64,000 nt of DNA, from NCBI RefSeq assembly GCF_006345805.1, contig NW_021833676.1:1-64000 (forward strand), in the 5' to 3' direction. Below are positions 55,045-64,000 of this stretch, in pieces. This DNA is from Octopus sinensis (taxonomy: Eukaryota). The first letter of the stretch is position 1, and every line of letters starts with the position of its first letter. The notes under the pieces are model-generated. The model was given only the letters and a program-made list of their open reading frames with translations. It did no database searches and was not told the DNA's origin. The translations under genes and the position numbers were made by a program.

Positions 55045-55478
55045 CGCCTCATATGTAGAAGACAAGATGGATAACATGTGCTGTCTAATTGATGTTGCGT
55101 GCTCCTTTGATCGACGAATAGTTAAGAAGGATGTTTATAACATAGACAGGCATATACGATCCCCTTAAATACGAGTTAGTTCGACAATGAGACATGAAGA
55201 AGGCAAAGATAGTGCCGACTATTGTTAGGCAACTGGGATCAGTATCTGAAGGTAAAAAAGAGGAATAGTGTGCCCAGTAGAAATTCGCCAAACGTTTGCC
55301 CCTTTGGAAGACCAGAATAACCAGGAAAATATCGGAGAGTTGAAAAGAAGAGATAGCATGGTAGGACGCAGGCTGGAAGCCCGCTACGCGTGAATGACTG
55401 CATGTGTTCCAACAAAACCTGAGTTAAAATAGTAATAATATAATAATAATAATAATATAATAATAATAATTAATAATC

Positions 55479-55509
<31 letters not shown>

Positions 55510-55510
55510 T
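55045..55510 (+). mobile_element. R4/Dong-type non-LTR retrotransposon 3' end ending in (TAA)n
   Basis: DKMDNMCCLIDVACSFDRRIVKK, then after a frameshift DPLKYELVRQ*DMKKAKIVPTIVRQLGSVSE (restriction-like endonuclease C-terminus), then a 3' UTR and (AAT)n. Confidence 0.78.
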
Positions 55511-55529
55511 AATACTGTGTTCATGGTAA

Positions 55530-56500
55530 TTGCTTTGCAGTGTTGGCAGCCATGGGGATTTGTTTTCCATATTTGAGGACAGAAAGCCTAGAAAGAAGTG
55601 ATATACCCACGTATGCGGCCTCTTGGCTTTCTCCCCTCTACTAACACTGACATGTAAGTACCATCCGGGAGATCTATTAGGTAAGGTATTTGGTTATAAG
55701 GTAGTTGATATAGGTTTTCTTACGTCGCAAGGCCAATTCTATAACTATACCAGACCAGTTTTCTTTCGATGCTTTCTTTACCACCAAGATAATCACTAGG
55801 TTTTCCGCTATCGCTGCCGAGATGGCCGCAAACGACCAATTGATGGATAGTTCTGGCAGCATGTTCATCACCTTAACTTTACCAAGGCGTTGGCCATGAT
55901 GGCCGAGAATGAAGAATCTTTCATTCCTCAAAGTTTTCGCGGAATGATACTTAGCTTCTTCCGCAGTTCAAAATCTTACTTCATTTGCCTTAAACTTCAT
56001 ACCTCGGGGACGTAGGTTATCTGTTCCTACACACGACCAAGGCATATTTTGGATTTGGCTATCGGAAGCATTTTCCACCCGTCGCAATTTTATTCCGATG
56101 CAGCGTCATGTAACCGTGCATCTCAAGATATTTTCAATCACGTCGGGTGGAGGGTTTAGGAATGCACTTCTTCAATTTCTTCGTAACAATATCTCTGTCC
56201 ATCTTCAATTGTTCTTCGTCTATGGGGAAACTCCACAAACCACTGGAAACAATTGCAGCTGAGGTGGTTGTGGTTTGGATGGCGGTGGTGATGTTCGCGT
56301 CTCTTTTAAACATTTCTGTGTTTATCTTTGGTTCTCTGAATTTCACTTCATTATTATCAGCATTGCTTGCTGTTGACATTGTTGAAGACATTGTTGAAGA
56401 CATTGTTGTTATTGTTGGTGTTGTTGCTGTAGTAACTGCTGCAGCTATTGCTACTGTCATCGTCATCGTCGTCGTCGTCGTCGTCGTCATTGTCACCAAA
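55530..56500 (-). pseudogene. Degenerate Tx1/L1-like ORF1 (gag-like) remnant
   Basis: A long interrupted frame ending IDLPDGTYMSVLVEGRKPRGRIRGYITSF*AFCP looks like a decayed CCHC knuckle after VEGRKP. A Thr-rich segment lies upstream. Confidence 0.45.
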
Positions 56501-56943
56501 TGTTTTGTTGTTCAATTAGGGCTTTACAATTTTGACGCTGTTTAGAGACGATAATGTTTTCGCATCGGTGACGTCATTGCTACTTCAACATTCTTTGTTT
56601 TCCCCGACAAGGAACGCGTTCCGTCGTCGAACATTACGATGACTTTTTTTACAACCATGTTTCAATAAATATGGAAAGTAGCAAAATATTTGCTTTTCCA
56701 TTAGTTGTTGACAATCAAAAAAAAAAATAATAAAATTCGATGTGCAGCCCCTGCAAACGTGTGGGTGTCTCTGATGAAAAATATTATCGGCGCAGTTCAG
56801 ACAATATCAGAAAGCAGAGGCTAACTACGGAAATGAAAACACGGGGCCTTAGAAGGCCGAAAGGATTATAAACACTCTTGCTACTCACAGAGGTTCAAGT
56901 TACCGTGTCTGCACAATATGGCGGCCATAATGATAATAATGAT

Positions 56944-57171
56944 AATATTCCTTTCTACTGGTGGCACAAGGCCTCAAGTTTGTGAAAGGTGAGATGGGGG
57001 CAAGTCGATTACATCGACCCCAGTGTTTCGTTTGTGTTTAATTTATCGATCCCGAAAGGATGGAAGGCAAAGTCGACCCCAGGCGGAATTTGAACTCAGA
57101 ATATAAAGACAGACGAAATACCATTTAGCATTTTGCCCGCTGTCTTAACAATTCTGCAACCTCGCCGCCTT
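56944..57171 (-). mobile_element. SINE family C, copy 1 of tandem pair
   Basis: Reverse complement of the family C head and body; flanked by (AAT)n. Confidence 0.82.
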
Positions 57172-57310
57172 AAATAATAATAATAATGATAATGATAATA
57201 ATGATAATAATAATAGTAATAATAATAATAATAATGATAATAATAATAATAATAATGATAATAATGATAATAATAATAATAATAATAATGAAGATAATAT
57301 AATAATAATA

Positions 57311-57344
<34 letters not shown>

Positions 57345-57367
57345 CGATGATGATGATGATGATGATG

Positions 57368-57400
<33 letters not shown>

Positions 57401-57433
57401 GTAATAATAATAATAAATAATAATAATAATGAT

Positions 57434-57627
57434 AATATTCCTTTCTACTCGTGGCACAAGGCCTCAAGTTTGTGAAAGGTGAGATGGGGGCCAGTCGATT
57501 AGATCGACCTCAGTACACAACTGGTACTTAATATATCGAACCCGAAAGTAAAGGCAAAGTCGACCTCGGCGGAATTTGAGCGTACAGACGAACTAAAGGC
57601 CGCTAAGCCATGCAAACTCGCCGTCTT
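57434..57627 (-). mobile_element. SINE family C, copy 2 of tandem pair
   Basis: Shares a 57-bp tail with copy 1 (1 mismatch); the head is shorter and diverged. Confidence 0.8.
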
Positions 57628-57641
57628 AAATAATAATAATA

Positions 57642-57746
<105 letters not shown>

Positions 57747-58104
57747 GTAATAATGATAATAATAATGATAATAATAATAATAATAACAATAGCACAGAAT
57801 TTGAATTTGTATTAAAAATTTAGACTTGAACTCGTTTCTGATTCTTCATTATCATCCAATAAAGAGAAACTTCTTTTAGCGATTGGGAAGTTTTATTTCA
57901 CATTCCGCCATAAATCAAGCAAAAATATATACGGCTGAAGAAGTGGAAAAGGTGATTCTCCCGTTTGCCTAGGAACAAACAGCTTCCATTGTAAAATAGA
58001 AAAATTGGCAAAGTTTAGTCTTTACTTTATTATGGCATTAATTGTGTGATCCGAAATTAATCTTTTTGCACTCGAAAATTCAATGTATATTTTTATTTGT
58101 CGTC

Positions 58105-58225
58105 TTTAGCCCTACGAAACACCGTTTCCTGTTGGACTTGGCACATTTCCTCTGTCCTTATATTTTCAAAGTGGACACAGGAAATGTGTCAAGTCCAACA
58201 GGAAACGGTGTTTCCTAGGGCTAAA
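58105..58225. repeat. 53-bp-arm hairpin (15-nt loop)
   Basis: 58105-58157 is the reverse complement of 58173-58225 with 3 mismatches. Confidence 0.92.
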
Positions 58226-60009
58226 TAACAGTAGCATTCTTCCCTTTCATGGGACTGTCATATTAAGTTGACAACATACTATCACTTTATCGTGCTGCTA
58301 CTGCATAAATATCAGTGAGAGATTTAGAAAGGTATTATTTCTATGAAAATTGATGTAAGGTATATAAAGAGATCTTTTTATACCGCAGATGATTCCCGAG
58401 TAATTACAAAAGAAAGCTAAAGTTTCCTCAGCTCTTGCAACCCAGGGATAAGGTTCTGTTATTAAACGAGGCATTGTATTTAGTTTCGTATTCATATTGA
58501 TATTCTATCAGATATATATGCTAAGGGTTTTCGTAAAATTCTATGCTTGTTTTTCTTATGATCCATTGCAAAACCCTATTATTATTTGAGGAAAAATTGC
58601 CTTCAGAAATATAAGGTTATTAGAAAGTAACGAAAGAAAAGCATAACATTTATGCTACCATTTATCGGAACCTCCAAGAATGGCCTCAGGAATGGAAATA
58701 TCCGCCTTATACTGGAGATCTACCCCGCATACTTACAAGGGGAAAGACGTCAGCAAACGTTACACGAAGGCTGCTACATTGGTGCTTTAGAACCGGGCAA
58801 CGTATTTCTTACATCGACATTAACATTCTAAAATATATCGTATCTGTTCAACGATCCACCGTAAAAAATCAAAATGTATCTCTCTAACATTATTCGAAAA
58901 AAAAGAAGAAATCATCAAAAAAGGAAACTACCGAGACAAATGTATAAAAGAAAGAAATAAAGAAATTATTATTATTATTCTTTTTCGTTTTCACTTTGGT
59001 CATTATTAATTGAGTAATAGCGTTTATAAATGCAGAGGTTACATAGAAATTAACTTCAATGTTTTAAAAGACATAGACTGCAAATTTAGTTCATGAACGC
59101 CTGTAATCAATTTACTACACACTACGGCTGTAATCTTCCGCCTCATGAAATTCTCGTTAGATTATTTTGATTTCACGCTTTATTTCTCTCGTACAAGCTG
59201 TTTTATTTTATTATCCATTATACTACATTCTTCCACTCCTTGGTATTGCTTATATACACACACACACGCATACTTATGTACATACATACATACTGGCATA
59301 CATAAATGTATACATAGAGACATTTATCCAAATACATATATGTACGTACACACTAAATATATATGAATATATATATACATATATATATGCACGTATATGT
59401 GTATATGTATACAAATATATGTATGGATATATATGTACATTTATAATCGTATATACATGCATGTACAAATACATATATATATATATGTGTGTGGTGTGTG
59501 TGCATATATATGTGTATGTACACACACGTTTACATGTTTATATGTATGTATAAATACTCACACACAAACAGACACTCATATATATGTATATATGCATATA
59601 TACACACACATATATATACATACTTATGTTTATATATACGCATACATGTACACTATATCTAAACAAATATATATACACATGTATAATTATACATACATAC
59701 ATAAAAAACATACATACATATATATATATATATATGTAGATATAAACACACACATACATATATATATACACATATATGCATATGAATATATATAGACACA
59801 GATACACATATACACACACACACATACACACACATATATATACATACATACTTATATTTATATATACGCATACATGTACACTATATCTAAACAAATATAT
59901 ATACACATGTATAATTATACATACATATACATATATACACACATATATGGATATGAATATATATAGACACAGATACACACAAACACACACACACAAACAC
60001 ACACACACA

Positions 60010-60107
<98 letters not shown>

Positions 60108-60784
60108 TTGTATAATTATATACGTACAGGAGTGTGAGTGCGGACGCGTACGTTCGTCCTTTCATGCGTCTTAGCTATGTCTGTGTATGCGTATGCATAA
60201 TCATAGTCATATATTCAACTTGGCACACTGCCTAATATTTTAAGCATTAACTTTTCCCTCATATTATTTTCACTTTGTTAACAACATTACGAATATTATT
60301 AATGACGATACAAACACCAATACAAATAATAATGTATGTTTAAATGGCCTTATCCGCAGTAAGTCTGACGTAATTGCTTTATTGAATTTGGCTACGTTCG
60401 TCGAAAGTACTTTACATATTATTATCTACCTCTCAATTTATATGAGGGGCGAAAATTCGTCAATTACTCTAATTGAATTAAAAATTAGATAAATAGCCTT
60501 TTCGCGCCGGTATTGAAATAAATTTCTTTACACAGGCAAGATTCTCTTAAAACCAACGAAAATTGAATTAGAATAGCTTCGTCTGTGGTGGGGAGTTTCA
60601 AAGAATAGATGTTATAGTGTTTTTTTTTGTTTGTTTTAAACTGGAATCGATTTATTTCTTGTTTAGGGACATGCTAAATTTAGATAAGTTAATCAACAAG
60701 CAATGAAACATTTAAGTATATATCTGTACATTGGCGTTGGTTGTCAGCTATAAAAGTACAAAAGTACAATGGCTACCACTGTAT

Positions 60785-61075
60785 TGGTGACGACGACGTG
60801 AATTCCATCTGAACCGATCAACGGAACAGCGTGCACTTGATCTTAAACTACAAGTGGCTGAGCACTGCGCAGCAGATACGAGTACCCTTAACGTAGTTCT
60901 CAGGGAGATACAGCACAGCAGCGTGCGACAAGACTGGCCCTTTGAAATAGAAGTACCTCTCATTTTTGCTTGCAGAATGGACTGCAGCAAAGTGAAATAA
61001 ACACGCCGATGGTATTCGAACTCACGCCCTTGCGATCGTGAGCTGAATACCCCTAACCACTACGTCTCGCCCCTT
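60785..61075 (-). mobile_element. SINE with family-B-type tail and tRNA head
   Basis: ccgatcaacggaacagc...aagtggctgagcactg...cccttaacgtagttctc...ctcatttttgc...ggtattcgaactcacg...ctaaccactacg. Confidence 0.72.
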
Positions 61076-61709
61076 CACGGTTATTTGCTATGAAATAGCA
61101 TTGATAAAGCACTGACTAAATATGGATACATTTTCATCGACACAAATTAAAAGAATGTCTTTCGAGAAAATAGTGAAGCCGGATCTATCTGGATTGTCAA
61201 GGTATACAGGTACTCCGTCGGTTCGAATGATGAATCTTCCTGTTGATATGAGAATCGTAACCGCCAGTTTGTAAAAACTTAACGTGAGCACACCTCCGAC
61301 ATGTGGAACTTTGACGTATTTCTCAGGGAACCTCAGCTGACAACAGTAATTTCAGGGAAATATTACTAATTATTTGTAGCTGGTCTACAAATAGGAATGA
61401 AATAATCGTAAGGGAGATTAAGTGATCAGTGCTTCTTTGTCGGGTAATCGACAAGAGAGATTACTTTAGTTTTAATTCCAGTTTCATTTTTAATTTCTAA
61501 AAACTCGTAAGATGTTGGCTAAAGGTTTTTACAATGTGATCAGCAACGAGACGAAGGCTGTTGCATTTTACAAGAAACCACTAAATTCACATCATTTCTT
61601 AAGACAAAGAAAGGTGCCACTTTGGTGTGTGATCTACAATTTAAAGGGAGATTACTTTTGGTTACCTTTCAGTTTACTTTGTATTAATACTACTTTCCGT
61701 GTTATCTAC

Positions 61710-61940
61710 ATCATCATCATCATTATCATCGTTTAACGTCCGCTTTCCATGCTAGCACAGGTTGGATGGTTCGACCGGGTTCTGGGAAGCAAGGAGGCTG
61801 CACCAGGTCCAGTCTGATCTGACAGTGTTTCTACAGCTGGATGCCCTTCCTAACGCCAACCACTCCGTGAGTGTTGTGGGTGCTTTTTACGTGCCACCGG
61901 CACAGGTGCCAGGGGAGGCTGGCAACGGCCACGATTGGTT
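61710..61940 (-). mobile_element. RTE-type 3' tail element with (GAT)n tail
   Basis: (CAT)n then cgtttaacgtccgctttccatgc...ggatgcccttcctaacgccaacc, an RTE-type 3' motif recognised from recall. Confidence 0.65.
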
Positions 61941-63592
61941 TACATGCGCAAATTTAATTTGGTGGATGATCTACCTGCTTAATTTAATTATTATATGGTT
62001 TTATTATTATTAAAATAATAAGCATTTTGAAAAAAATACATTTACAATGCTAAGTGTGTACAAAATAATTTTTAAAGTAACTTAAATTAATCTCCTTTGT
62101 GGATCACATGACAAAGTAGCACCCAATGATCTATCAGAAGGTGTTGGGCGATGCGTGGAATCTTGCTATAACTGACTGTCCTATATTAACTACAATAACA
62201 ATTGTATTTATTTTTAAACAGGGACATTTCTCTGAGACTTGTATGATTCTTATATTTAGAAAAATCTGCTGCATCCAAACATCTTGGAATTTAGAGTTAG
62301 AAATATTAAACAGACATTGTAGAATACATGTGACAATGTAGACTGAAGGGATTCTTCCTACAGTTACATTTTGTATTTACTTATTTCCACAAAGGTAAAC
62401 TATTTCTTTTAAAAGACACACTGTGATCAGACGATTTTAAATGGTTTTTCTTAAGCCATATAGGATTAATGCATAGAATAACATTGATATTATTACTTTA
62501 ACAGAACACAGAAAACCGGCTTCTTTTAAGAAAATACTTCCAAACAAGCGTTATCAGCCACAATTTTACAAATCTATAATACAATTGTCACATGGGAACT
62601 AAATAAGATAGATTTTGTTTAGATGAAAATCACACATACGATTCACCAGAATTTGATGAATGTTGATCATCGCGTGATTCTCGCAGAAATGTTTCCGAGA
62701 AATATAAATGTAATTCAATGATGTCTTCATACTTTTTGTTATAATGATATCCATCATTTTTTAAAAAGCAAATCAGCCATTGGACTGCATCTATGCTAGT
62801 AGACCATCTTCAGGGATTTAGTCAAAAAAATCGTCCCACATATTTGTGTTTTTCTTTTCTTAAATTTAGTATTTAAATTCTCGGTCGCTTTTGGCGAAGC
62901 ACTCTCTAAGGGAAAATATAAAAAGCAGCAGAGGTTGTCAAGCCATGGTGGGCAGATAAGCACAAAGATACGCACGCATGTGTATATATATACGTATATG
63001 TATATGCAAAGGGATTTTATTTAATTCTTTCGCAGGAAGGACTTGTTCGACGAGACGTGTTCTGTCCTCACCTTCGAAACACGCTGGAGTTGAACTAGGG
63101 ACAGCTGATGAAGGGGATTTTTCCTTGTGTAGTTGTCTTGTACTCTGTTTTTTCGTTGTTAAAAAAATGGTCCGTTCCATGCTGTTTTTACTTTTTCGTT
63201 TCTCGTTGACTTCTACGTCTATTTCTGGTATCCTGTACACACGTATATATATTTATATATGCATGTATATATACATGCAGATGTAGGTACGTACATATAT
63301 GCTTGTATGTATGCATATATCTTATTTATTACACTATTGTATGACTGAGCGCCTTCGCGTAGATTCGATTCGTTTGGTTTCGTTTCGTTTGTATGTGTGT
63401 GTGTGTGTTTGCATGTATGCCTGTATGTATATATGTATGTAAAATACAGAAAATACAGTTTTGCAACATTCTTTAGATTTAAACCGCAATATATGTATTG
63501 CCATATCGATTAATACCCATGTATCGATTAATATGTTTCTGTATCGTTTGCACACTGTCATAATTGAGCAATTATATATATATACATATATC

Positions 63593-63671
<79 letters not shown>

Positions 63672-63694
63672 CATACATATAATGAGGATGATGA

Positions 63695-63985
63695 TAGCGA
63701 TAATAATAATAATAATAACAATAATAATAATACTAATACTACTACTACTACTAATACTACTACTACTACTACTATTACTACTACTACTACTACTATACTA
63801 CTACTACTACTACTACTATACTACTACTACTACTATACTACTACTACTACTACTAATAATAATAATAATAATAATAATATATTATACAAGAAGAAGAAGA
63901 AGAAGAAGAAGAAGAAGAAGAAGAAGAAGAAGAAGAAGAAGAAGAAGAAGAAGAAGAAGAAGAAGAAGAAGAAGAAGAAGAAGAA
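63695..63985. repeat. Compound (AAT)n-(ACT)n-(AAT)n-(GAA)n microsatellite
   Basis: Direct inspection. Confidence 0.95.
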
Positions 63986-64000
63986 ATACTATGCTCACGC

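Noticed and set aside
63050-63130. gaaac...ctgatgaagggg as a hammerhead
   Set aside because: The elements are in an order that gives no consistent stem II/III, and no GAAA follows the core.

Overview
AT-rich, microsatellite-saturated animal DNA. The repeat families look like octopus/cephalopod genomic DNA, which is an inference from repeat content. I find no supportable host protein-coding gene: nearly all listed ORFs are translations of (TA)n, (CA)n, (TCTA)n or (AAT)n tracts. The non-simple sequence is mostly mobile-element remains: several tRNA-derived SINE families (labelled A-E here), 3' fragments of CR1-like, RTE and restriction-like-endonuclease (R4/Dong-type) non-LTR retrotransposons, a Tx1/L1-like ORF1 remnant, a Gypsy RT remnant, mariner and hAT remnants, and a non-autonomous Helitron with both ends. 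Three observations stand out. (1) Short palindromic Penelope-like elements embedded in (TA)n carry minimal type I hammerhead-ribozyme motifs (48500-48536 minus, 40496-40533 plus, with degenerate relatives at 24340, 7588 and 328). (2) A full-length SINE is flanked exactly by a 222-bp indel-free direct repeat. (3) SINE family A and two CR1-like LINE copies share a 3' tail whose stem-loop is kept by compensatory changes. All alignments and mismatch counts were done by eye.
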